From the NCBI GenBank assembly GCA_965112155.1, contig OZ218107.1: 64,000 nucleotides of DNA; one strand, 5' to 3'. A model generated the notes under the pieces. It ran no database searches, was not told the origin of the DNA, and saw only the letters and a list, made by a program, of their open reading frames with translations. This DNA comes from Podarcis liolepis. Its lineage: Eukaryota. Both the position numbers and the translations under genes were made by a program. The stretch's first letter is position 1. Each line of letters begins with the position of its first letter. Below are positions 12,131 through 24,957 of this stretch, one piece after another.

Positions 12131-14292
12131 CTTGGGGGGGAAATGAAACAAAAACAAAAAAAAGTTTCCCTCAAAGACACACTGAATCATATTTTAGAAC
12201 TGCCTGAGGCAGCATGAACCAGGAAAGTGATTAATGGTAGCAATGTTCGGCTGCACAAAAGTTACAAACACATATCCCGTGATTTGAATATTTGCTTGCA
12301 TCTGCTCTGTCTCTAAAGAGAAAAGGGAGCACATCCTATTACCTGTGAATGCCGCAGGAACTTGTGTCTAAAAGGAGATTTTTTAGCAAAATGAATTAGA
12401 TGAGTGACTTCTTAAAAATATATATAAAATCTGGTAGTAAAGGTTCATGCAATCATTTACTTAACCGTACAACTAACTGACGATGGCATAGATGATTTCA
12501 CACATTAACATGCTAGTTGTTTCAAGACATAGACTAAAATCCTGGCTTAGGTCCCACATGATAATAGATTTGATGATCACATCTAGAACTGAGTTGCCCA
12601 ACAAAAACTCACCAGAGAATTGGCATAATTCTGCATGACTATGAGGTAGTATGGGAACAGAAAGCTATCATAGGTACAAGTTAGCATTTGAATAACTTCC
12701 CTTTGCGAACAATTCTGTCAATACTTAATTGCTTTAGGCCAATATTATTAGCCCAAATCTTTTATAATTATTGTTACCCAGCAACAATGAAATACAAAAC
12801 CTAATCACCTTTAAAAGTTTCTGGATTGTAAGTGCCATAGAACAACACAGGACCTATTCTTTGGCATTCAGAATCATACAATACACAGCTTAGAACAATT
12901 AAATGAAAGACTAATTTCCTATAGATAGAAAGCTACAAAAATATACTGAACTCGTTAAAAATGACAATTAGAGCACTACAGTACATGACATACAAGAAAC
13001 AAAGTATTTAAAATGATACATAAACATATCTTAAAATATGATAGAACGCACAAACAAAACACAAAAGGCTAACCTTTTAAATAAATCATCCTTTCTTGTT
13101 TAAACCAACACATTGGATTAAAATGATAAAGCTTTCTTTGAATTATATTATATATTGTTATTAGTAGTTTGAATAGCATGCCTTTGTGAGGCAAGAAATA
13201 CAGCTAATTTATTATTCTTATTAGATAACAATGAACTGGCTTTGAACTTAACAAAGTTCAGCTAATTTGAAACTACCACCTAATTTTTATCCATTCAAGT
13301 TGATGATTTTTACCCTTCATATATCACTTAGCTATTTTTTTCCTACTGTTGAACAAGAAGCCTAGAATTCATCTATGTTTGATTATTACACTACCAAGAC
13401 AAAAAACAAAATCTGAGTACCGCTGAAGTCCATTATATTTTTTACTACTAAGCCTGGATTTAATACAGGACATTCATATATTTTGCTTTATTCCTGCTTT
13501 GAAAGGAATAAGGCAGAAAGATTAAATAATAAGTAAAAATAAAAATCACACATGCACAAAACTGCCCCAAAATCACAGTGAACACTGGAAGCAAATATAT
13601 GAGACATATGAATGAAGTAAAACCCTGGATCCAAATTTGTTTTAAGTATTCGGTTAGCAATACTGCAATTTGGATCTGTATTTTACATTTCTGGTTGATC
13701 ATAATGTATGATCTTAAGATTTTCCACATAGGTTGCAATCCTTGCACTCTTACCTGGGGGTAAGCCCCAATGAACACAATGGTACTTACTTCTGAGTAAA
13801 CATGCATAGGATTGCTCCGGTAGATTGTAATCCACAGAGGCTGTGTGGGAACAAGGCTACCAGAAGACGATGAGACACTGAGGGAACTTCCACAACTTCT
13901 TCTAGAAACATTCCTACAGCAGTGGAGATGCTGCCATGCCTTGCCATGCCTTATGTTATGCTTTGCCACAATTACTGCACCCACAGAATTTCAAATTCCC
14001 CTTACAGTCAAGTGGATCATTAACTATCAGCTATGTTGGTATCTATGCCTGTGAATTGCCTTGCAATGGTAATGGCAATGGGGCTATGGTCCTACATCAA
14101 TATATTTGTGGGTGACACCACATGATATTCTTAATGTTGGTGAGACATCATGTTTGAGGATGCTGAGCTGATGAAGCTACTAACACCTCCAGTATTAAAT
14201 ACTTCTGAACGGTGTGGAGCAAGTGTTAAAAATAAGTAGTACTCTTCAAAATCAAGCAGACATGACCCGTACGAATTAACCTAATTGCTTAC

Positions 14293-14371
14293 CTGTATTC
14301 GCCAAGTGTTCCGTCGTCTTCTTTCATAGGCTGTATTTCTGGGTCACCATGAGCATCCTCTTTTTCTTTCA
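14293..14371 (-). CDS. NRCAM: NRCAM first cytoplasmic exon (79 nt, ends in phase 2)
   Basis: ttttAG|TG AAA...TAC AG|GTAAGC; VKEKEDAHGDPEIQPMKEDDGTLGEY. Confidence 0.97.
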
Positions 14372-15319
14372 CTAAAACATACAAATGAAGGATAACAATT
14401 AGCAAGGACTGGAAGTGTGATGCATGCCAACCCCTAGTGGGGTGTGTGCTTTCTGAAGGACCCTGTGTGCTGCAGCAGCTGTTTGCCAGTCACCTAACCC
14501 TTGCAATCTCCATCTCCTACTGCAGTTATAAAAAGGGGAGGACTGCCTTGGTTCATGCTGGAATCACCCTGGAATCCAGGAGAGCATTACTGTTATTAAG
14601 GATAAACTGGGCTGCAACTATATCCATGGAACATAAAGATCTACAGACAGAATGCTGATCTTCATCATAACACACTGCAATTTTCTTTTGGGTTGCATTC
14701 CGCAAGAGCATTTTCTAAAGAAGCGTCTACTGCAGAAACAGCAGAAAAGAGGTATCTGGTATTATTTTAGGCTTTGTAACTTGCAGGAGTTATATCATAC
14801 TTTCTTTAGCTGATTTTTATGTTTATATTCAGTTTTAGTTGAAGTGTACTTGTATGTTTGATTTCCACGTAATTTGTTTTAAATCAAGTTGAATTGTCTT
14901 TAGACCAGTTTTATTATCATCACCAGTATGAAAGGAAGGAAAAGGTCTCACCCACCCTCAGATATGACTAATAAACCCAAATCTAAATAAAGTAAAAGAG
15001 ATCGTGTTGCTTGTGCAACACAGACCATGCCTGCCATTTATAATTCCAATAGTTAATAGGTTTGCATCTTTAGTGGACACTAATAGGTCATATCAGATCA
15101 CTAATGATACCAAGTCTCCAGAACAAAAAAATACAGAAGCTCCTTTGATGGATAACCCTCATTCAGAGCCCAATAAGTGTGGGATGCCTTTGCCCAGAGG
15201 TACGGTGGCCCATAGATTGCAGCAAACTACTCAGCGAGGTTTTGCCCAGTATCTTGTTTGTGTGGTGGGCTCATGGGAAAACGCTATAATACTGTCTGAG
15301 CAACCCTCTATAATTAACC

Positions 15320-15530
15320 AGTGTAAGAGTGAGAAGACTCCAGGGATTGACTATACCCCAAAAGACTTTATAAAAGTAAACCAGCACTGGTTGCCCTTCT
15401 TGTTACAATAAATAGTTCTGGTATGATCCCTTCCAGTTGGAAGAGAACAAGCTAATGACCCAGGAAACTATAGACTTAACTATTTTCTATTAACTATGGG
15501 GGAAGTTATATACTAGGTTCCTAACCAAGA
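15320..15530 (+). mobile_element. Highly decayed LINE reverse-transcriptase fragment
   Basis: KTPGID and DPGNYRL resemble the K(S/A)PGxD and DPxNYRPI motifs of non-LTR RT. Confidence 0.45.
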
Positions 15531-16299
15531 TTTAATGTTCTTCCATCCAAAATGCTTTGGGGAAGGTATGTTGGGAAACCTCTTTGCTCAAGGGTATGCC
15601 CTGTAATAATAGACTTTATAGAATATGCCCCTCTGCTTTGTGATTCCTACGCTGGAATTCAGCAGCATACAATTGGATCTTTACGGAGCAAACTACCAGG
15701 AATGTCAATTCAATTTTATGTTAAATATCCAATGGAAGATACAACCCCAAAGATGTCACTGATAGAAGCTAAATTTCTATCAGTAGCATGAGAAAATGAA
15801 AATTTCATTATTTGAAATTGGAAGGATTATTTTCAGGGTTGAACTCAAGATTACAATAGTTCTATATAATTGCATTTATGTCACACTTTTGAATCTGTAA
15901 TCGCTGCCAAGTTAAGTTGCTTCAAATTCTTAAGATTTCACAAAAATTCCAGAAATAAATCTGAATCAAATTACAGATCCAAAGAGCAGCACAAGTAGTT
16001 CTCTACTCCCAGTTTCTTCCCACACCATATGGCGAACTGTTTTATCTAATACTGCAGCTCTACCCACACGAAAGACTTCCATGCAGGCGACAAAACTTCT
16101 TTTTCCTCTCATGCTGCCTCTAGGCCTCAACATACCCTCAAAATCAGCCCCAGGCGGTTGGGAAACCCTCCAGATTTTGAGGAAATCAGGGGGAGGAGAC
16201 AGAAATCCCATTGAATCAGTAGAAGTCAGTTTGCTCAGCATGGATAAAACTGCCTTTCAAGGCAGTTTGCGATATGACCCAAGGAACTACTGTGAAAAG

Positions 16300-16358
16300 A
16301 TTTATTTTATTTTATTTTATTTTATTTTATTTTATTATTTATTTTATTTTATTTTATT
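16300..16358. repeat. (TTTTA)n repeat
   Basis: Seen directly. Confidence 0.9.
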
Positions 16359-16478
16359 AAAAACCCCAATCACTTGGGTTCCTTGATGTAGTAATCTGGA
16401 TTTGGGCAATTAAGAGTAGAGAATATATTAAATGTAAATAGAATTAAATATTTGAGCTCACAGTGCAACATATCGTAC

Positions 16479-16610
16479 CTGGATATTTTCCACCTTTATT
16501 TCTCCGTATGAAACAAACTATTAGCAAAATCAGGATGAGAAGAGCAACTGCGCACATAAGACCAATGAACCATCCTTGAGTAGCAATGTCAACCTGCCGG
16601 CTTGCCTTTG
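16479..16610 (-). CDS. NRCAM: NRCAM transmembrane exon (132 nt)
   Basis: AG/GT bounded; [42 protein letters not shown]. Confidence 0.98.
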
Positions 16611-19600
16611 CTAGAAAATGGAAAAGGATTAATTATTATTCCCAAATATCCATTACATTAGAGTAATTTCACTCACAACCATTCTGTAAAAACACTCTAT
16701 GTATTAATTTTGCATCAGAAGAATGACACTGAATGTGGTATCTAAGAACATTTGACCTCAGAATGGATTTGCAGCAAGGTTAATTAATGATGCTCAACAT
16801 TGTGATTTGATTTATTTAGCATGCTTCACATGTCATGGATCTGTAATATTTGCTTCTTTAGCATACTCTACTTATTTTGCTAACTGATACCTATATATGG
16901 AGGTGGCTATGGCTAATATTTTTATAATGCAAAATTTGGAGGAAAGTCATTGAGTCCATAGCTTTGTGCAGAAAGGATGCATAATTTTACCAGCGAGATT
17001 ATAGCACATTCCTAAAGCAGATTTTAAAGTCAACGATGACAGTCAAATTAGTTCAGTCAAGCAGGTTCCTACACTTGCTCATCAGTATATGAAATTAATT
17101 GATCTGTGGAATTAAGCAGCATGATCCACTTGAAGGCATTACTTATGCACAGTAGATTCACCTTTCTGCAAAAGGAAGTGCAACAAGATTTCTATGTAGA
17201 TATTTACAAGTTTCACAGTTGTACTCTACAGGATTACTGCACTGTGGTTTTGAAAATGCATTCTTTATAAAAATAAGAGGTGATTATGGTAAGGTCTGGG
17301 GTTCTTTTATAAAGTATCTGAAAAATAACCTTACGCACCAACATAGCTAGTGATTAAAATACATAAAACTTTGACTTTCCAATGAATATATTAACATTTT
17401 ATTATTTTTAAAAGTCCATTTTCTTAATAGAGAAACCTGAAATTTTCCAAACATGCAGTTATGAGGAATTAAGTTTAGGGTCAAACATTAAAGGAAGACA
17501 TGCACATATAACATTCAAATGTATTCTGAAATTTCATGCCAACTAAACGAAACACTCCATGCATAATGTACCAAATATGTAACAAGAAAAGACAGTAACT
17601 TACTTTTGCAGCTTCTGATATTCCTTGCATACCAGGATACTGTTTATCCTGCTAAGGAGTACGCATTTCTAAAACCCAGTTGATGGAATCTAACTGGTAC
17701 CCTTGTGCTTTTGATCCAGCAATGCCTCTGTTAATGGATGAGCTAGAGAGGAAATTGTAGCTGTTTCCTCCTTTCCTCTGCTCCTCTCTGGAGCCCATTT
17801 TTAGATGTACTGGAGGCTACAGGGATAAAATAACCACTATCACTTTTCTTCCATTAGCAGATACATCCACTGGATCAAAAACACTTCTGTGAGCACAAGG
17901 GTATCAACTGGATTCCTCCCAAGTTTTGTTTGTTTGTTTACATAAACTTTTGTAGTTGTGTTGCACAAATTGTTTTCTTTAAGCACACTGCTAATTTCCC
18001 CTGATGAATACAGAAGCTGCAAGTACATAGGAACGGGCCGTGCTACGCTTAATTAATATGAAATAATGTCTTATCATGAAGAACAAGAACTCTTTCAGAG
18101 ACCACAAACATGTTATGTAGATTTGAGTCTAATCTGGGGTTTCAGACCACCACCCTGCCTTGCCCCATTTTACCTCCTCATATTTATTGTCACTAAGCAA
18201 GAATTTAGATGCTGAATTATTCCATTTAGTTTGAGGAATGACAATTCGCTGCTACATTATGGCAATGTAATTATCTTGCCACGCTTCTCTTCAGTTTGGC
18301 TTTCTCTGCATTTCCTATAAATAAAACTCAGGAAAATGCAGAAGAATTGTACTAAGTCAATCCATGAGCATGGAAAGAAATTGTCCCCACTATCTTCCTG
18401 CTACTTTCTTGCCCCTCTTTAACTGTCCCCGGCACTATCCAAAACACATTTCCCCTTTCCCCTTCCCTTGGTGATGAAAGGAACAAGCAAGGCAGCTCCA
18501 CACCTTCTCTCCACTACTAACAGCATGAAAAGGTCCAAGGGGCTATAGGAGATGTTCTTCTAAACAAGGACTTCCCCTTGCATGTTCACTAGCATTCAGG
18601 GCCCTCTATAGGTTGCGTGTCCTGTGGTATGGGCTGTCTACACTGCATCAGAGCACCTATACCTCTTCAGGAAGGTTCTGACATTTAGTGTTCTTTAGGA
18701 CCATGAATTCTGGTAAAGCCACTGACCTGACCAACAAGGTCCTCTCCAATTATATGATTCAATGGTTTGCTATTTTTGTGTTTATCTGGTAGGTGAGCTA
18801 TTTTTGTGGAAATCTGCCGTCTAGTTTTAGCTTTGCAGGTGTGAAATCCCCACCCCCACCCATAATCAGTTGGCTTCTGCAGCAATAGTCACAAGAAAAG
18901 TGTCATCCTATTGCCAGAGTTTCATTAACTTCTACATAAAAAAGCTGTGAATGCTGCTGTTTAAATTTTATCAGCTTTGCTATAAACACAGAAGGAAACT
19001 GATAAAAGGTATTGTAGGGAATTGAATTAAGACCAGATCATATAATTTTACTATGACTATACTAAATACACTGACATCATAGTTTAAGAGTTTACCATAA
19101 TGCCATACAATTTTTCAAACAGCCATACATTGGAAATATATAATGTAAAAGAACATTATAGCCCCTTAACTAGACAGTACTGATTGCCTAGGGCAGTGGA
19201 GAAGAATGAAATGTGTGTCTAGAATTTAAGCTTATTGTCAGCTTGTACTTGCAGAATAGGTAGTGCTGACCATGTGTTATGAGTACAGGTGACTCCCTAC
19301 TTATGGGATGGTTACATTCCAGCACCCCATGTGCATAAGTGAAAATTGCGTAAGTGGGAAGCACCCTCTAAACACCTTTTAAATGCTCTTTCTGCCACGC
19401 TCTCTCCAATCCAGATCAAAAGGAGTGTACCAAAAATATCCACAAGTGGAACTGAGGCTTTGGGGCACCAAAGGTCAGGTTCCAAGGTCTTGCAAGGCCT
19501 CAAACAGCATCTCAGACGTGACTTTCAGTGCTTTGCAAGGCACTGAAAGTTGTGTAGGGGGCCCTGTAGTGTGGATGCTGAGCACCCACAAGATTTTTTT

Positions 19601-20518
19601 GTGGGTGCTCGGGCCCCAAGGTCCCCCTAGAGTTGGCACTCCTGGCAGTCACACGCGAGTTGATGACGCAGAAGTGGGGATTCGTCTGTACTGGCATTTT
19701 CCCAGACCCTTTCTGAACACATGGGGTTGCATGTAGAAGAGCACTTTGCATTCCTCCCATATATAATCAGAGAACATGATTTTAACTTTTTAAACTGGCC
19801 CTTTTTATCAGGTTCTTTGGTATCTTCCTAAGTGTTCCACGTTATAAAATTAACATTTGTTCTTAGCATTGCTATTGAAATATTGCAGAGTATATACAAT
19901 TTATGAAACACCTGTACCAACAGCACCCCCCTAAATACTTCCATAAAGAACATGATTATGCCACTCAACATGACATCAATATTGGTAACAGAAACTATTA
20001 TTTTCCTCTTTAAATTATTGCTGTTTTATAAAGATAAATGGAAAGAAGCTCTTTATCTCCCTTCTTACATTTGATTCAGTACAAAACATGCCAAATACTA
20101 TACTTATTCTGGTTTTAATACATTTGGTCTATCAGAACAACAAAGTTAATATATTTTTTATTGATCCTTAAGCTAGAAGGAACGAGTTTGATAATCTGAG
20201 TTCGATGTCCTTAGACTTAGTTATTCGCTAACACAAATGTACAATCCAGAAACAAAGCATTAAAAAGGGCCCCTCAAAAGGAGCCATGAAAAATGTATAC
20301 TTCCTTACAACAAATGGCAAAGTGATAAAAACAAATTCATGGAGCATACCAAAGACATGCTGGTGTGAGTATGAGACACACATTTTAGCTCTCCCTTGGA
20401 TAGAGCAGAAAAGGATAATTTTATATATAAATATACAAACATAGCACTACTTCAGATTCCCAGCACTTAACACATCACAATTCTGAATGCAGAGCAGAAT
20501 TGGTATGGTGTGCCTCAC

Positions 20519-20671
20519 CTGGACCTGTCTCAAACACAGCATCTGAACTCCTAAAACCAGAAAGACCCTCAGCACCAACCCGGACTTTATATGATGTTCC
20601 TGGTGTTAATCCTTTTAACATAAAGAAGTTCCGGGAACCATTAACATTTTCTTTTTTCAAATCTTCTTTGC
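20519..20671 (-). CDS. NRCAM: NRCAM exon, FN3-5 part 2 (153 nt, alternatively spliced block)
   Basis: AG/GT bounded; KENVNGSRNFFMLKGLTPGTSYKVRVGA...VFETGP. Confidence 0.95.
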
Positions 20672-21916
20672 CTACAAAATTTTTAGGAACACAACAATTG
20701 GAGTATTTAAATTCACTGTCTTGAATTCATGCTTACACTTCTTACTGCCATTTGGCAAAAGTTTAGATTTCTTTCTCAAAAATGTTTTGCAGTTATTTAC
20801 TAATATACAATATATAGGTAAACTGTAGGCTAAATGACAAAGAGTATTGTGGCACCTTAAAGCCTAATATTTTTTTATTATGGTACGTGCTTTAATGGAC
20901 ATCCTTAGTCAATGTGGTACCCCTCCAGAGGTTGTAAAATCACAATCCTCTTTGAATTTTGGTCAGGCTGGTTGGGGCTGATGGGGTTTGTAGTCGAACA
21001 ACTTCTAGAGGACACTGTGTGTGTGTGTGAATGTGCAAACAGTAAGGAGTGAGATTGGAAGGGAACGAGTTAAAAAAGACCTGAAGACTACAATAATTAT
21101 ATCCGACTTTAAATGGATGTAAAATAATTACAGCCTCTATTCACAAAGCAACATTAATAATTATGAATAGTATAGTCACAAATGATTTTATGTGCATTTA
21201 AGATATACTGTAATTGTCACAGTTTGTACTTTTAGCATTTCATTTCATAATGAAATATATACTGCTTATAACCCTGCTCCCAACCCTATGTGGGTGTATA
21301 CTTGTCAACTTAGAATAGTACTTCATGCATCTGATGAACTGGACTCCAGTTCACGAAAGCTTACGCTGTTAGATATTTATTAGCCTTTAAGGTGCCTTTA
21401 GCAGCAGCTATCAGCCTGGAAACAGTCACAATCTCATTTTTCATCTATTGTGAAAGATTCATTTTGATTAGTCTGCTAGTGGAAAGGAAATGTTGTTTTA
21501 ACTGTTAAAATGGCCACAAAGATGTGATTATAGTTTTGTTTTCTTGGAAAATGGTGTTAAAAGCCTAAATATTTTAGAGAGGCACATTTTCTACTTAGAT
21601 TTTTCTTTACATTTTCCTTAATTTCTCAGCAATCAAGCAAAGAAAAGGGGAGGAATTCATTCATAACCAGAATTTGTGTGGCTCATTGAACTGCCCACTT
21701 CTGCCTAGTTCATCTTTCTCAGAATTAAGAGTGAAAATCCTTCCATTCAGATATGATTCTCACATCTTTCTGTTCAGGATTTATTAAAAATCTGAAAGAT
21801 ACTCATTGTATAATTACAGAAGGCTTCTCTGAAACTGGATTTTACTGGGGACTGATGATGGCATTTTCCCTCTCATGTAATGGGGCAAGTATGCCCTGAC
21901 CACCAAAAAGTGACCT

Positions 21917-22036
21917 TTGGGGGATAGCTCAGTAGGTAGAGTGTGAGACTCTTAATATCAGGGTTTTGGGTTCAAGCCCCACATTGAGCAAAAGATTCCT
22001 GTATTGGTTGGTCCTTTCCGACTCTATTTTATTCTA
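21917..22036 (+). mobile_element. Short tRNA-head SINE (Squam3-like)
   Basis: gatagctcagtaggtagag...gggttcaagcccc; decayed CR1-like tail. Confidence 0.7.
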
Positions 22037-22951
22037 TTTTAACCTCATGGACATAATACAACTGAAGGAAAGCAAACAAGCAGACACCTTTTGCCAGCAA
22101 AACATCAAGCATTTAATTTTAGGGTTATAGTTGCATCAAATTGCTGCCCTGAAGATGTTTAGAAAACCAGGCTTTCTAGTTTTAATGAAGACTAATTGGC
22201 TACATATGAATTTAATGGCACAAAAAAAACCCAGTTTCAATATACTGTAGTTTAAAGCGTATTGTTAAAGACGTTTTTGCTTCTTAACCTTTCAGGTTAA
22301 GTGTCTCTGAAGCTGCATTGCATTAATGAGGTTTTAATAACAGAATTCCAAGCACAATAAATATGTATGTGCTTAATAAGACTGAATGTACTCCATGATG
22401 GGCTGCCTCATCAACTCTCACCAGAGTGAGGTGGGCAAAGAGGGGTAATTGAAGATGCAGAAGCAGCACGTCCTCACGTATATATGCTGCTTGGTGGGGA
22501 ACTACCAATTCACACAGTTTTACATGAGCTGTTCCCTCTGGGGCTGTGTGTGCTTTTCAAGACAATGCTAAAAATTCTGCTGAATTGCCCTTTGTGGGTG
22601 AGGGAAAGGGTTTGATTCAGTCACCACCTACTAAACAGCTGATCAACAGGAATTTAGTAGCTGTGATAGAAAACTCTATGTGCAGCTCCATGCATGTCCA
22701 TTTAGTTAGGGGCATTTTATTAAGTGCTGTTGGCTCTAATTCCTAAAAACAATACAATAAAATAACATTAATTCAAATGTGTGCGTGTACACACTTCTAT
22801 GCACTTCATATTGAAAAGTTTGCTGCAGTTTTTTAAAAGCAAAACTAGTTTTTGAAAACTTAAGTCGATTTTGGGCCATTTTCTTATTATTATTAAAATA
22901 TTTTGAAATATATTACAGCATTTGGAAGAATTCAATGAAATGTCTTCTTAC

Positions 22952-23077
22952 TGCCTGCCACACCATATTCAACATAAATGTTCTCATGAACTGGACCCTC
23001 ATACTCCCAACTGATATTGGCATAGGTCTCAGCAGCAGCTGCCGTAACATTTTTGATCCCTGGATACACTGGCGGCA
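22952..23077 (-). CDS. NRCAM: NRCAM exon, FN3-5 part 1 (126 nt, alternatively spliced block)
   Basis: AG/GT bounded; VTAAAAETYANISWEYEGPVHENIYVEYGVAG. Confidence 0.95.
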
Positions 23078-24069
23078 CTAAATACACAAGAAAAACAGAG
23101 CAAGATATGAAAGGCTGCATGCATCTCGTACAATCCAGTTTTAACTTCTTCCCTAACCTGAATCTTAAGAAATAGAATATTGATTTGTTTCTGTTTTCGG
23201 GAAAATGAAAAATGTGGACTTACCATGAATTCCCATTAGCAGCAATTCTCAGGTGGACCACTCTTCCGTTCAGTGAAAGCCCCTCCTCTTGGTTACCAGG
23301 CATGGTCCTCTTTAAGATGGAACCAAGGGGAGGAGCTTCCCTCAGCCCCTGGGCTGTGACAAGAGTTTGGATAAGCTTCTACCATGAACTTTACTCTGAC
23401 AGGAGGTCTACTAATAGTATTAGTAGATCTAATACAACAAGCATGAAAACACTGTAGCTAATGTACTGCTATGATTAACAAAGAAAAAGAACTTCCTACT
23501 AGAGTCAAACTATCTAAACCCACTACAGATACTGAATGGGCTTCCAAGAATATAACTGTTGCTTTTCTCTATATTTACCTATTTGCAAACTACCCCACCT
23601 TTGAATCACTGAGAATGGAAATAAACAATGTCAATATTTCCCTCTCTGCGGTGGGGTAACCTTTAATTCAGGTGTACCAAGTTTTCTTGTATCCAAACAG
23701 CAGGGAGATTCAATTGTTTTATCCCAAAGCCGCCTTCTTCTATGAAATGCAGCATTAGGATAACGCATCGTTACAAGTATGATCATTTGATAATGTCTAG
23801 CAAAGGTGTGCATGAATCTTGAGGGTGCATCTCTGCGCACAGTAGGCTTCTGTAGGCTGTGGAAACAGCAGTATTGCATTTATAGTGAGCTGGCATCTTA
23901 TCCTTATAGACTTTAAATATCGTCTTCTAACCAACGGGACATTGTGAGGATGGACAAATCTGTCCCCACTGAAGATTACTACAGAGGGTTGGACTTCCAA
24001 TTCCCTCCCAGCTCTACAATTCTATGATCAAATCTCTGTTCAGAAACAGTAAATGAATGACCATGAAAG

Positions 24070-24235
24070 GATAGGAACATAGGAAACTGTCTTATACTGA
24101 CTTGGACCACTGGGTTCATCTAGCTCAGTACTGACTGGCAGTAATTCTCCAGGATTCCAGGTGGAGGTCCTCCCCAACCCTACCTTGAAATGCTGGAGAC
24201 TGAACTGGGGATGTTCACATGCTCTATCACTGAGC
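24070..24235 (-). mobile_element. Decayed SINE with a CR1-like tail
   Basis: Minus-strand GCTCAGTGATAGAGCA head and (TTCCTATG)-type tail. Confidence 0.5.
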
Positions 24236-24926
24236 TGTTGCTCTTCCATGAAATCTGACCTCCCAATGAAAAGTGGAATGAAATACTCTAGTTCTCCTAG
24301 CTTCCATTGCTTTGCAGAAACCCCCATGTGTAGGTCATCCAAATACACCAGGGAGGGTTGCAGTGAAACTCAAACAGGAAAAGGTGGAAAAATCAGAGCC
24401 ATGAGAGCTATTCTTGTCCCCATTTCCTTCTCCTCATTTTGCTGCCACTATATCCACTATCGCTGCCACTATATCCTTGTGTTGTTTTTATGGTGGGACA
24501 AGGAGGACTCAATACCTCTCAAAGCCACCTGATAAGCTGGCACATTTAGAAAGACAGTAAATGTCTTACACCTGTTTGGACATAATGTATTTTACCAAAG
24601 TTATAAAAAAAATGGAGTGCTTTGGTGGCCCTGAGGTTGGGAAACTGGAAAGTAAGCAGTCTTCATATTTCCCCAAACTATATGAACAATCTCCATAAAT
24701 AGAAGTGGACAACAGGTTCACGTATCATTTTTTTCCTTCCCAAATTTGCTTTTTTGTCCTCCTACATATAATCCAAATTTCTAACTAAAAGGATTAGGGA
24801 AGGGAGGGGGGAATCTATTTTCAAAATTGTCACAAAGGTCTGTGATGCTCTGAACAACTGTCTTGCCTGCCAACAATGCAAGGCAGGCCTGGAAGCTGAA
24901 GAGAAGCCCTTCCTCATGGTGTTGTA

Positions 24927-24928
<2 letters not shown>

Positions 24929-24957
<29 letters not shown>
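24929..24957. repeat. (TTG)n microsatellite
   Basis: Seen directly. Confidence 0.95.

Noticed and set aside
12131-12190. ATG start of the 461-aa ORF as an independent gene
   Set aside because: The first 20 codons are the T-rich splice-acceptor tract, and I saw no promoter evidence. It is better read as a spliced exon or TE remnant.
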